A DNA stretch of 64,000 bases from an uncultured Bacilli bacterium (GCA_934096985.1 CAKONC010000001.1:128771-192770); one strand, 5' to 3'; counted from the first letter of the stretch, positions 53,346 to 62,899 are shown. Numbers and translations are program-made. The notes: a model not told the origin generated them from the sequence alone.

Positions 53346-54326
53346 ATGGAAGAAAATAACGATTTTAAAATTGAGTTACCAAAAGTAAATGAGGAAAATA
53401 ATAATGCACCTGTATCAGAACCAGCTGTACAAATGCCAACTGTAGAACCGAGTGTAGTTGAAACACCAGTTGTTACAAGTCCGGAAGTTTCTGTAGAAAG
53501 TACGCCAGGAACTTATACTGAACCAGTAGCACCAGTTACTATGATGCCAGAAGTTGAAGTTCCAACTGAAATGCAATCTCCAGTAGTAGAGCAAACTTCT
53601 GCACCTGTATCAGAACCAGCTGTACAAATGCCAACTGTAGAACCAAGTGTAGTTGAAACACCAGTTGTTACAAGTCCAGAAGTTTCTGTAGAAAATACGC
53701 CAGGAACTTATACTGAGCCAGTAGCACCAGTTACTATGATGCCAGAAGTTGAAGCCCCAACTGAAATGCAATCTCCAGTAGTAGAGCAAACTTCTGCACC
53801 TGTAGAACCAGCTGTACAAATGCCAACTGTAGAACCAAGTGTAGTTGAAACACCAGTTGTTACAAGTCCAGAAGTTTCTGTAGAAAATGCACCAGAAACT
53901 TATAGTGAACCAGTAGCACCAGTTACTATGATGCCAGAAGTTGAGACTCCTGTAAATAGTGAAAATATTTCTACACCTGTGCAAAATAATTATGAAACAA
54001 TTTCAACTCCAAGTATGGATGTAGTACAAGAGCAATCTTCTGTACCTGGCACTGAAGTATCTGAAAATCCAGTTACAGCTCCTACAGAAAGTACTTTAAC
54101 GCCAGAAACAACAATACAATCTGAAGCAGTTCAAAATAATTTTAATCAAACAGTACCGGTTATTGAAAATGCTCCTGGTACGGAAGAAAAAACTGAAATT
54201 AATGATAACAAAACAGAGCTACCTAAGGTTAGTAAACAAGTTAAAATTATTTGTACTGTAGTTGTAGTAGCTGTGGCATTAGTAATTCTTTATTTTGTTG
54301 TAAGAAACTTTTTCTTAGTTAAATAA
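53346..54326 (+). CDS. cell-surface protein built of ~65-aa Pro/Val/Glu/Thr-rich tandem repeats with C-terminal TM anchor
   Basis: 2.9 tandem copies of a 195-bp unit. C-terminal 'IICTVVVVAVALVILYFVV' anchor. Confidence 0.6.
   Translation: MEENNDFKIELPKVNEENNNAPVSEPAVQMPTVEPSVVETPVVTSPEVSVESTPGTYTEPVAPVTMMPEVEVPTEMQSPVVEQTSAPVSEPAVQMPTVEPSVVETPVVTSPEVSVENTPGTYTEPVAPVTMMPEVEAPTEMQSPVVEQTSAPVEPAVQMPTVEPSVVETPVVTSPEVSVENAPETYSEPVAPVTMMPEVETPVNSENISTPVQNNYETISTPSMDVVQEQSSVPGTEVSENPVTAPTESTLTPETTIQSEAVQNNFNQTVPVIENAPGTEEKTEINDNKTELPKVSKQVKIICTVVVVAVALVILYFVVRNFFLVK
53406..53975 (+). repeat. 195-bp tandem repeat, about 2.9 copies, inside the CDS
   Basis: Copies start at 53406, 53601 and 53796. Copy 3 has a 3-nt deletion. 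The repeats are near-identical. Confidence 0.85.
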
Positions 54327-54678
54327 CTTTTATAATTTGATTAAATAAAATAGTTTTATTTTCAAAATAGATTTTACGATAAGTAGGGTCTATTTTTTTT
54401 ATATATCCGCTTATAGTTTCTATAATCCCATTTTTATAATAAAAAATCTGTATTTTTACATTACTATAAAAAGCTAATATTAAAGTTTTTTCAATATTAA
54501 TAATTTGTTCTTCAGAAAGAACAGGCATTTTAATTTTACTTTTTTCTTTTAAAATACTATTTACAACTTCTTTGCTAGAAATAACTGAGTTAAATGGCAT
54601 CCATTTAATAATACCACGTTCAATATTATGCATTGTGACCACCAACTTTTTTATTTCGTTCTTTAATTGTAGAGTCAC
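54319..54678 (-). CDS. YolD-like protein (partner of Y-family polymerase)
   Basis: 119-aa ORF immediately downstream of, and overlapping, the polymerase gene. Confidence 0.6.
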   Translation of the reverse strand: MTLQLKNEIKKLVVTMHNIERGIIKWMPFNSVISSKEVVNSILKEKSKIKMPVLSEEQIINIEKTLILAFYSNVKIQIFYYKNGIIETISGYIKKIDPTYRKIYFENKTILFNQIIKVI

Positions 54679-55915
54679 TTAGTAAACTTGAGGCTTTTAA
54701 AACACTATTTTTTCCAAACTTTTTTTTAATTTCATCAATTACTTCATTAATATTATCTTCTTTTTTTATATCATCATAGTTTTCAAATAAATTTAATTGA
54801 GTACCACTTTTAGGAATTAAAGACCCAGCACAAACAGTTACTTTTCTAATAGGAAGTTTTTCGTAATATCTATCGAAAATAATATTTGCATATTTAATAA
54901 AATCATTTGCTTTATCAGTTGGACAATCAAGCTTAATATTATGGTAAAAACCTCCTGGAGTATTTTTAGAATAACCTATCCCTAGACCGAAAACTTTACA
55001 TTCTTTATTATTTTTTCTTAATCTTTCCGTTAAATTATCAATCATTTCATTTATTATTATAAAAATATTATTTTCGTTATAGTCTTTAAATAAAACTTGT
55101 GAGTTAGAATAAGACTTGTCTTTAGAATTTTTATTAAATTCAGATATTTCACTATTATCAATACCATTTGCGTGATTCCAAAGTTCAAGCCCAATAATTC
55201 CAAATTTATCCTTTAAAATACCAGGTTTCATTTTTGCTAAATCTCCAATAGAAAAAATGCCCATAGAGTTTAAATTTCTTTCCATATTTTTGCCGATGCC
55301 CCACATATCACTTAAAGGCTTAATATTCCACAGTTTTGTAGGCACATCTTCATATCCCCATTTACTAATGCAATCTTTGTTGTGTTTTGCTTCAATATCC
55401 ATAGAAACTTTTGCTAAAAGCATATTTGGACCAATTCCGCATGTTGCCGTCAAACCAGTTACATTTTTTACTTTATCTAAAATTTCTAGTGCAAGTTCAT
55501 AATCAGTTTTTTTATATAATTTTAAGTAATGAGTAACATCTAAAAAACATTCATCAATTGAATAGATATGTAAATCTTCTTTAGCAACATAATCTAAATA
55601 AACGCTAACAACTTCTTTACTTTTAGCAATGTAATAATTCATATGAGGCATAATTATATCATATTTAATCTTTTTATCTATTTCAAATATTCTTCCTCGA
55701 GATGGAACTCCTAAAGTTTTTAGATATGGTGTAACGGCTAAAGTGATAGCTCCATCACCTTGATTAGGATTTGCCACAACCAAAGGATATGAAAATGGAT
55801 CTTTATTAAGTCTTATACACTCACATGAAGCAAAAAAACTTTTTAAATCAATACAAAGAATATGTCTTTCTTTAAATAACTCTTTCATAATCCTCCTTAC
55901 AAACAAATGTTTCAA
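54626..55915 (-). CDS. Y-family DNA polymerase (UmuC/YqjW/UvrX-like)
   Basis: 'LCIDLKSFFASCE' catalytic Asp region at the N-terminus and the impB/UmuC fold pattern. Confidence 0.85.
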   Translation of the reverse strand: MKHLFVRRIMKELFKERHILCIDLKSFFASCECIRLNKDPFSYPLVVANPNQGDGAITLAVTPYLKTLGVPSRGRIFEIDKKIKYDIIMPHMNYYIAKSKEVVSVYLDYVAKEDLHIYSIDECFLDVTHYLKLYKKTDYELALEILDKVKNVTGLTATCGIGPNMLLAKVSMDIEAKHNKDCISKWGYEDVPTKLWNIKPLSDMWGIGKNMERNLNSMGIFSIGDLAKMKPGILKDKFGIIGLELWNHANGIDNSEISEFNKNSKDKSYSNSQVLFKDYNENNIFIIINEMIDNLTERLRKNNKECKVFGLGIGYSKNTPGGFYHNIKLDCPTDKANDFIKYANIIFDRYYEKLPIRKVTVCAGSLIPKSGTQLNLFENYDDIKKEDNINEVIDEIKKKFGKNSVLKASSLLSDSTIKERNKKVGGHNA

Positions 55916-56039
55916 TTACATTATATCTAAAATGTAAAAAAATTCAACTGGTAAATATATGAAATTTCTTCTTGTAAAAATTATAATTGAATGTTAAAAT
56001 AAGTTTGTAAATCGATTATGAAAGATTAGTAGTAAATAT

Positions 56040-56208
56040 ACTATTTTTAAGAGAGTTAGTGCTTGGTGAAAACTAACAAATAAATATTTATGAATCTACT
56101 TTCTAGAAAGTCTAATCAACTTCGGGTAATTTCCGTTAAAAAATAATTAAGTAATATAAAGGATGGCACCGCAGAATTGCTCCTTAAGGAGTGATTTGGT
56201 GTTTTTTT
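56040..56208 (+). promoter_or_regulatory. T-box riboswitch leader (serine-specific) for serS
   Basis: 'AAAGGATGGCACCGCAG' T-box at 56158-74. Its UGGC pairs with GCCA, the discriminator G of tRNA-Ser. Terminator hairpin CTCCTT/AAGGAG plus T7 at 56179-56208. Stem I starts AAGAGAG...AGUG. Confidence 0.65.
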
Positions 56209-56228
56209 ATTGAAAGGAAGGGTATAAA

Positions 56229-57518
56229 ATGATAGATATTAATTTAATAAGAGAAAACAAGGAATTAGTAAAGGAAAATATTAAGAAAAAGTTTCAAGAT
56301 GAAAAACTTGCTTTAGTTGATGAAATCGAAGAAAAAGATAAAAAGTTTAGGGAAACTAAAACTAAAGCAGATGAACTAAGATGTGAAAAAAATAATATTA
56401 GTGCAAAAATTGGTGAGTATGTAAGAAATAAAGAATTTGATAAAGTAGAGGAAGCTAAAAAAAGAGTAAATGAAATTAATACTGAAATAGCCAATCTTAC
56501 AAATGAAGAAGAAAGATTACAAAGTTATATTAGAGATAAAATGCTTTTAATACCAAATATTATTGATCCTAGTGTACCAATAGGAAAAGACGATAGTGCA
56601 AATGTAGAAAATGAGCGTTTCGGTGAACCTAAAGTTCCAAACTATGAAATACCATATCATGCTGATATTATGGAAAGACTTAATGGACTCGATAAGGAAA
56701 GTGCAGGAAGAACTTCTGGAGAAGGATTTTATTATTTAACCGGTGATATAGCAAGAATTCATAGTGCAATGCTTTCTTATGCAAGAGATTTTATGATAGA
56801 TAAGGGTTTTACTTACTGCATTCCACCATTTATGATTCATTCATCAGTAGTTGAAGGAGTAATGTCTTTCCCAGAAATGGAAGCAATGATGTATAAAATT
56901 GAAGGCGAAGATTTATATTTAATAGGAACAAGTGAACATTCAATGATAGGAAGATTCTTAGGCCAAATTGTTGATGAAAAATCACTTCCTATAGCACTTA
57001 CTTCATATTCTCCATGTTTTAGAAAAGAAGGCGGTGCCCATGGGCTTGAAGAAAAGGGTGTTTATAGAGTTCACCAATTTGAAAAACAAGAAATGATTGT
57101 TTTATGTAAGCCTGAAGATGCTTTTAATTGGTATGACAAAATGTGGAAAGCAACAGTTGAATTATTTAGAAGTTTAGATATACCAGTAAGAACTCTTGAA
57201 TGCTGTAGTGGTGATTTAGCAGATCTTAAAGTTAAATCATGTGATGTAGAAGCGTGGAGCCCAAGACAACAAAAATATTTTGAAGTAGGAAGTTGTTCTA
57301 ATTTATCTGACGCTCAAGCACGTAGATTACAAATAAGAACTAAAGGTGAAAATGGAACATATTATGTTCATACATTAAATAATACAGTACTTGCTTCTCC
57401 AAGAGCACTAATTGCTTTTGTGGAAAATAATTATAATGAAGATGGTAGTATTAATATTCCAGTGGCATTAAGACCATATATGGGTGGTTTAGAAGTTATT
57501 AAACCAAATAAAAAATAA
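56229..57518 (+). CDS. serS: seryl-tRNA synthetase
   Basis: N-terminal coiled-coil arm and class II motifs. 429 aa. Confidence 0.92.
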   Translation: MIDINLIRENKELVKENIKKKFQDEKLALVDEIEEKDKKFRETKTKADELRCEKNNISAKIGEYVRNKEFDKVEEAKKRVNEINTEIANLTNEEERLQSYIRDKMLLIPNIIDPSVPIGKDDSANVENERFGEPKVPNYEIPYHADIMERLNGLDKESAGRTSGEGFYYLTGDIARIHSAMLSYARDFMIDKGFTYCIPPFMIHSSVVEGVMSFPEMEAMMYKIEGEDLYLIGTSEHSMIGRFLGQIVDEKSLPIALTSYSPCFRKEGGAHGLEEKGVYRVHQFEKQEMIVLCKPEDAFNWYDKMWKATVELFRSLDIPVRTLECCSGDLADLKVKSCDVEAWSPRQQKYFEVGSCSNLSDAQARRLQIRTKGENGTYYVHTLNNTVLASPRALIAFVENNYNEDGSINIPVALRPYMGGLEVIKPNKK

Positions 57519-57526
57519 TTAATTTT

Positions 57527-57554
57527 GAGTATGAATTACATACTCTTTTTTTTT
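57527..57554 (+). terminator. rho-independent terminator of serS
   Basis: GAGTATG-aatta-CATACTC followed by T9. Confidence 0.7.
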
Positions 57555-57823
57555 ACTTAAAATTAAGATGTAAAGAACTGTTATGAGAGATTATTATTTA
57601 TGAGATAGAAATTTATCATATAAAGCATATCTTTATTTAATGACCGGGACTATTTTATGGATAGACTTTGTGCAATTAATAAAGAAAGTAGGAATGGTAT
57701 AAGCTCAATAATAAAAGAATAACCTCATTTCTTGGAAAAAAAGAAACGAGGTTCATATCAAATTTCTTTATTTTTTTCAGCAATGCCACTTTATGTTTAA
57801 TTTTTTTAAAGAGGACAAACTAG

Positions 57824-58018
57824 AATTGCTCATGTGATATTGAAAATTATAACGGAAATATATCTGTGGGTACCCTTGAGAATATTAGCAGATGTTTAAA
57901 AGTAGAATATAATAATGAATATGTTTCTTTTAACAGTGTTATTTATACTTTAAAAGAAAATAATATTGTATTTATTAATAGTACAAGTGATGATGTTATT
58001 TATTTCAATAGAATAAGG
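57824..58018 (+). pseudogene. start-less relic of a small XRE-like HTH gene
   Basis: 65 sense codons with no ATG. '...ISVGTLENISRCLKVEY...' resembles the C-terminal helices of an XRE HTH. Confidence 0.25.
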
Positions 58019-58122
58019 TAATTAAATAGATAAACAACGTATAAAAACAAATAAATTTTATACATTCTTTTGACGTATAAATAAATCTATGATAGCATAT
58101 TTATATAGTCACAGGTGAAGTT

Positions 58123-61100
58123 ATGGGTATATTAGATATTTTAAAAGATATTTTGGTTATATCAAGAATAAGTAGAAAATCAAATTTAGAAATAGAGCAA
58201 TTAGTTAATTTAACTGATAATCAACTAAAAAAATTAATGAGCAATAAAGAGATTTATTTGATTGATTTAGGAAAAATATCTTCATATGATTTGCTAAAAA
58301 AACTTATTGAACTTTATAAATTTTCAAAGGATGATTATAAAAGTGTCAGTTTACTTTTAAGTATGGCTGATGAAAAAATGTATAAAATTTTAGAAACAAG
58401 CAATGTTTCAAATATTAAAAATAACTTGTGCGAAGAAAGCATTAAAAAATTTATATCAGAGCCTTCATATACAATAGATATTAATTTATTTTCTGAAGAA
58501 TTTATAAAGGAACACGATGATATTTTTCTAGTTAATACGCTTCCGGAAGATATCAGAAAAAAATATTATGAAAAGAAGATTACTGAAAAAGATTTGTTAG
58601 ATAATATTGAAGTATTGTGTAAGGTAAAATATCAAAATATAATTTTAGATAACGTAAATTATAAAGATGATAATTCTAAAAATTTTATTTTAAAACTAGG
58701 ATTAGATGGTTTAGAAAAAATTACTAGCAATTTAGGAGCAAATTTTTATCGTATTTATAACGATCAAAACAAAATGGAAGAAATGTGTAAATTCCTAGAG
58801 CAAAAAAATCCGAATGATTATTATATAGGTGTTGTAAATTATTTATATACTGATGAAGAGTTTTTAAGTGCTTTAGGTATTCAGCAATTTAATAATGAAC
58901 TGAATTTTTATGGTCAATATTATCTTGAAGAAATAAATAAAAATAATATTAATAAAATAGATTTAACAAATTATTTTAATAAAGTTTTTTCTGATTATCA
59001 AAGAGAAAGTAGTTTTTATAATTTTATGAAAAATATGATAACTATTTTATCAAGAAATGAAACTATAAATAGTACTGAAGAATTATTTGAAAAAGTGGCA
59101 GTAGCTACAGCTAAAGAAAAAGGAGATAATTCACAAGAATTTACTAGTGAATTCATAAAAACTCATCAGCAATATTTTTTGCCAAATGATGCTCCAGATA
59201 CACTTAAAGAAAAATTTTATAATAAATCTCTAACATATAAAGATGTATTAGATAATCTTGCATATTTTTCTAATACGAATATATCATTAGCTTTTTTTGA
59301 TGAAACAGATAATCGATGTGGTTTATTTGATAATAATCTTTTTCTAAAGATGCTTCAGATTTGTGATGGTAATTTAAAGAGTATAAATTGTACTTTTTTC
59401 GAAACCTTTTTGTCACGATCAGACTCTAACATACGTTATATATCCTCATATGATGATTTTTTGTCATTAACAGAAAAGTATTATATGAGTAATGGTATAC
59501 CAATCAAAGATTTTGAGATTTTAAAAAAGATTGGTTTTAATAAAAGTTATTTAGACGAAATCGAAGAAAATATTAAAAATTATAATCTACAAAAAGATAA
59601 CATCAAGTGTGATCTTCGTCTTTTTACTAATAATATTATGAAAAAATTTGATATTAATATTATAAAAGCACTTATGACTTATTACCATAGTGGAGCTGTT
59701 TCTTTATTAATAAATTATAGCAATGATGATGTAATTGTAAATAAAATTAATACTTTGCTAGCACTATTAAGTAAAAGCGATAATAATTTTATTAATGGTA
59801 AAAATATAAATTATATTATTCTTTCATTTGACAAATGTAGAAGTCTTTTTGATAGTATTATAAAAAATAATACTGTTTTAAATGAAGTACAAATAAAAAA
59901 CTTAAATGATATTTTAGCTAATAGAAATAAATATAATATAGAAAATATTGAGCAGTTAACAAATTACAGTACATATAAGAAAAAAATATTAAATGAAAAA
60001 CTTGAAAGTAGTAATTTGACCGATGTACAATCTGCGATTACTGAATGTTTGTTTTCAATCGACAGAGAATCAATTATTGATTTAAATTCTGTTTATGGTA
60101 TTTTTAAAGATAAAATGTATCTAAAAAAAATACAGCCATATTTACCTGTTGATATTGCTGCTGCATTAGAAATAATAAAAGAGGTTTATAATAACTCTGA
60201 TATTAATAATTTAAAAGCAATATTTGATAATTGTATGGAGTTAGGAAATGTTGGTATTAATGCTGTACAAATTAAAACAGCTCTTCGAAATGCATATGAA
60301 AAACTTTATATTAGTGAATTATTTAAAGGTGAAGGAAATAGGGAATACTATATAAATGGGGTTAATAGTGATATATGTACTCATAATGTAAATGGTGAAA
60401 AAATTTCATCAGAAAATACTATTAAAGTAGTTGAACTTAATGACAAGCCATTTAAATTAATAGTGCATCATATATTTGTTGGTTCACCAGATCCTTTGTT
60501 TAAAGATATTCCTAGTAGAATAATTAAAAATCCTGAAATTTGGAATACTAAAGAGGGAGCAACTACATTATCTACTACCATAATTTCAAATTCTTGTATT
60601 AAAACATTTGGTGTAAATCAACCAGGGTCCCATATATATTATGGATTTAATGAATTACCATTTGATGTTTTAAGAGGTACTTTTCCAGCAGATGCAGGTA
60701 CTTTACATGGAGGAGGCCAACTTGAGGCATTAAGTGGTGCCTACCAAATAAATACACTAGATTATTTAATTAATGTTACAACTGCTCATTCACCTTATAA
60801 TGAAATTGTATTAATGCGAAGAAGTCCTATTAAAAATAAATTTGATGGTAGAATTCAACCTAATTGTATTGTTACTTTTGATGATAACATTGATGAATAT
60901 ACAAAATTAGCGGCTCAATATTTTAATGTTCCAATTTATAAAATTAATTATAATAAGTATTGGGAAATTAATAGGCAAAACATTGATAAATATTTAAATG
61001 GAAAAATAGAAAAATTTGATAATGATGATATAGAAATGATTTTTTCTACTGATTTTGGAAGTTTAAATAGAAATGTAAACAAAGTAGAAATGTGTATTCA

Positions 61101-61281
61101 ACTATTAAAAAAAGCACTAAATGAAAATCTAATAAATAATGAACAATATTATGATAGGGTGCAACATATTTTAGATTATGTTGAGGAGAATGGTATAATA
61201 ATACAACCAGATGATTTAATCAAACTTAATAGCATTTTAAGTAATAGAATTGAGGTGAATGAAAATGAACTTACAAAATGA
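58123..61281 (+). CDS. large (1052 aa) orphan protein with internal repeat modules and an unrecognised C-terminal domain
   Basis: AGGTGA RBS. Two copies of '[ST]E[EF]FIK.H...FL.N..P[ED].[IL][RK].K[FY]Y.K.[IL]T.KD[LV]LDN[IL]' about 215 aa apart. C-terminal 'HHIFVGSPDP...PGSHIYYGF...GTLHGGGQLEALSGAYQ' region. No P-loop. Confidence 0.6.
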   Translation: MGILDILKDILVISRISRKSNLEIEQLVNLTDNQLKKLMSNKEIYLIDLGKISSYDLLKKLIELYKFSKDDYKSVSLLLSMADEKMYKILETSNVSNIKNNLCEESIKKFISEPSYTIDINLFSEEFIKEHDDIFLVNTLPEDIRKKYYEKKITEKDLLDNIEVLCKVKYQNIILDNVNYKDDNSKNFILKLGLDGLEKITSNLGANFYRIYNDQNKMEEMCKFLEQKNPNDYYIGVVNYLYTDEEFLSALGIQQFNNELNFYGQYYLEEINKNNINKIDLTNYFNKVFSDYQRESSFYNFMKNMITILSRNETINSTEELFEKVAVATAKEKGDNSQEFTSEFIKTHQQYFLPNDAPDTLKEKFYNKSLTYKDVLDNLAYFSNTNISLAFFDETDNRCGLFDNNLFLKMLQICDGNLKSINCTFFETFLSRSDSNIRYISSYDDFLSLTEKYYMSNGIPIKDFEILKKIGFNKSYLDEIEENIKNYNLQKDNIKCDLRLFTNNIMKKFDINIIKALMTYYHSGAVSLLINYSNDDVIVNKINTLLALLSKSDNNFINGKNINYIILSFDKCRSLFDSIIKNNTVLNEVQIKNLNDILANRNKYNIENIEQLTNYSTYKKKILNEKLESSNLTDVQSAITECLFSIDRESIIDLNSVYGIFKDKMYLKKIQPYLPVDIAAALEIIKEVYNNSDINNLKAIFDNCMELGNVGINAVQIKTALRNAYEKLYISELFKGEGNREYYINGVNSDICTHNVNGEKISSENTIKVVELNDKPFKLIVHHIFVGSPDPLFKDIPSRIIKNPEIWNTKEGATTLSTTIISNSCIKTFGVNQPGSHIYYGFNELPFDVLRGTFPADAGTLHGGGQLEALSGAYQINTLDYLINVTTAHSPYNEIVLMRRSPIKNKFDGRIQPNCIVTFDDNIDEYTKLAAQYFNVPIYKINYNKYWEINRQNIDKYLNGKIEKFDNDDIEMIFSTDFGSLNRNVNKVEMCIQLLKKALNENLINNEQYYDRVQHILDYVEENGIIIQPDDLIKLNSILSNRIEVNENELTK

Positions 61282-61435
61282 TGAACTAACAAAAGATGAA
61301 AAACTTGTTTATCTATTAAATAAAATCGAAGAAGATAGCAATTGTAATCCTCATAAAGAAGTAATAAATGATTTAAAAATGAAACTAATATTAAAGATGA
61401 ATACTGATATAGAATCTTTAGATGATAAAAATTAA
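61265..61435 (+). CDS. small ORF (56 aa) overlapping the 3' end of the 1052-aa gene
   Basis: GAGGTG RBS 7 nt upstream of the ATG at 61265. Frame +1 relative to the large gene. Not in the supplied ORF track because it is under 60 aa. Confidence 0.35.
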   Translation: MNLQNDELTKDEKLVYLLNKIEEDSNCNPHKEVINDLKMKLILKMNTDIESLDDKN

Positions 61436-61615
61436 TTCATAATAAATGATTTAAATAGGGTTGATGTTTATTTAACACTTTACACCAATTTGATATTAAA
61501 GTATAAAAATATACTATAATTAATGGATGTTATAATACTTAACTTAATCATACATGGGTGGAATTGAAAAAATAGTTCCTAAGAAATAACTTGAGTTTAA
61601 AAGCTCATTTTTTTC

Positions 61616-61644
61616 TTGCAATTTTTTAATATAATATTTATAAT
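61616..61644 (+). promoter_or_regulatory. sigma-A type promoter (TTGCAA-17-TATAAT) of the Panacea operon
   Basis: Near-consensus hexamers, 32 nt upstream of the ATG at 61676. Confidence 0.5.
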
Positions 61645-61675
61645 GTGTTTTAGGCAGTACGTAATAAGGAGAAAT

Positions 61676-62152
61676 ATGTTAACAGCAAAGGACGTGGCAG
61701 AATACTTTCTTTCTAAAGATCCAAATAAAAAAATATTTAACAAAAATATTATGATTTATAATGGAATAAGATTTTATGAAGGAAATGTAAAATTAAATAA
61801 GTATCTATTTTTATCTCAAGTTGTATATCTAGCAAAATATGGAAAAAAATTATTTGAAGATGATTTTATTGCTTATGATAATGGACCTGTAATTGAAAAA
61901 ATAAGAAATCTTTATGTAAGACTTAAAGGACGTAATAGTCATATTAATTTACAAACTAAAATTTTTTTAGACAAAATATATTTGTCACTTGAAAATGCAA
62001 CAACACAGGAACTAATTGAAATAAGTCATGAAGATCCAGAATGGCAACGCTTAAAAAATGTGACCCATAAAAATATGAAAATGGATGTTGAAAGTAATAT
62101 CAAAGAATATAAAGAAAGATATGAAGGATTAATAAAAGCCTTAAAAATATGA
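61676..62152 (+). CDS. Panacea-domain (DUF4065, SocA-like) antitoxin
   Basis: 'MLTAKDVAEYFL...NVKLNKYLFLSQVVYLAKYGKKLFEDDFIAYDNGPVIEKI' matches the Panacea domain core. AAGGAG RBS. Confidence 0.7.
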   Translation: MLTAKDVAEYFLSKDPNKKIFNKNIMIYNGIRFYEGNVKLNKYLFLSQVVYLAKYGKKLFEDDFIAYDNGPVIEKIRNLYVRLKGRNSHINLQTKIFLDKIYLSLENATTQELIEISHEDPEWQRLKNVTHKNMKMDVESNIKEYKERYEGLIKALKI

Positions 62153-62586
62153 TTAATAAATTAAAAGTTGGTCAAGTGTTATGGCTTAAAGTGAGGTATC
62201 AGAGTAATTTGGTATCTATGACTAAACATCCTATGCTTATAGCAAAAATAAAATATGGTTATATTGAAGTTATTGCATTAGATAAAATAAAAGGAAAATT
62301 ACAAAATTTATATTATCCATATAATTATTTTATTGATTCGGATAATCCTAAAGAGACTGTTTTATATGAAGATAGTTATGCTCAGTTAAATACAAAATTA
62401 ACTATAGAGTTTTTTCCAGAATTACTATTATTTAGAAAAACTACGTCAGTTTTATCAAAAGTAAAATTAAATGAATTATTAAAGGCTTATAGAAAATATC
62501 AAAGAAAATATGGGATAAAAAGTGAAAGAATAATTTATATGTCAAAAAAAGATATTCAAAAATTTAATTACTATTGTTTTAAATAA
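62149..62586 (+). CDS. candidate toxin of the Panacea module (MazF/PemK-like pattern, 145 aa)
   Basis: Start overlaps the antitoxin stop (ATGA). 'GQVLWLKV...HPMLIAKI...IEVIALDKI' resembles the MazF/PemK beta-strand pattern. Confidence 0.45.
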   Translation: MINKLKVGQVLWLKVRYQSNLVSMTKHPMLIAKIKYGYIEVIALDKIKGKLQNLYYPYNYFIDSDNPKETVLYEDSYAQLNTKLTIEFFPELLLFRKTTSVLSKVKLNELLKAYRKYQRKYGIKSERIIYMSKKDIQKFNYYCFK

Positions 62587-62621
62587 TAAAATATGCTAAA
62601 TTAAATGTAATTGGAAGGTTT

Positions 62622-62837
62622 ATGGAAAATTTAATTGGTTATAAAAATAAATTAATTGGTATTAGAAATGAAATCCTTGAGTCGTTAAAAAGTGCAGAAA
62701 GTAAAGATGAAATGAGAAATTTTTTAATAAAACTTCATAATGTAAATGAAAGAATTAAAAATGTAGAAATTAAAATTCAAGAAGAACAAAGAGAAAGTCA
62801 AAGAAGTGGTAGTAGTCATTTTGGACTATTTAAATAA
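62622..62837 (+). CDS. hypothetical small helical protein
   Basis: 71-aa ORF, coiled-coil-like, with an RBS-like 'GGAAGG' upstream. Confidence 0.35.
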   Translation: MENLIGYKNKLIGIRNEILESLKSAESKDEMRNFLIKLHNVNERIKNVEIKIQEEQRESQRSGSSHFGLFK

Positions 62838-62899
62838 AAATTTATAAAAGATTACTTAGAAAAATGTCGAAAAAGCAAACCTACATATCTTTAATTATT

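Noticed and set aside
53406-53975. Possible CRISPR array
   Set aside because: The repeats are 195 bp, directly abutting with no spacers, and in-frame coding. This is not CRISPR. No short direct repeats with unique spacers occur anywhere in the window.
53610-53984. 124-aa antisense ORF inside the tandem repeats
   Set aside because: It is generated by the periodic repeat sequence. It is Trp/Cys/Asn-rich nonsense with no start context.
25053-54326. Higher-GC genes (25053-25730, 41148-42173, 53346-54326) as evidence of horizontal transfer
   Set aside because: The GC excess tracks amino-acid composition (Ala/Gly/Thr/Val/Pro-rich or enzyme-conserved residues), with AT-biased third positions. This is not convincing evidence of foreign origin.
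29623-56494. Other short antisense ORFs from the track (29623-, 30628+, 33007-, 35209-, 40204-, 44631-, 47802-, 52241-, 52531-, 55257+, 56294-)
   Set aside because: All are embedded in confidently assigned genes on the opposite strand. None has an RBS or domain signal.
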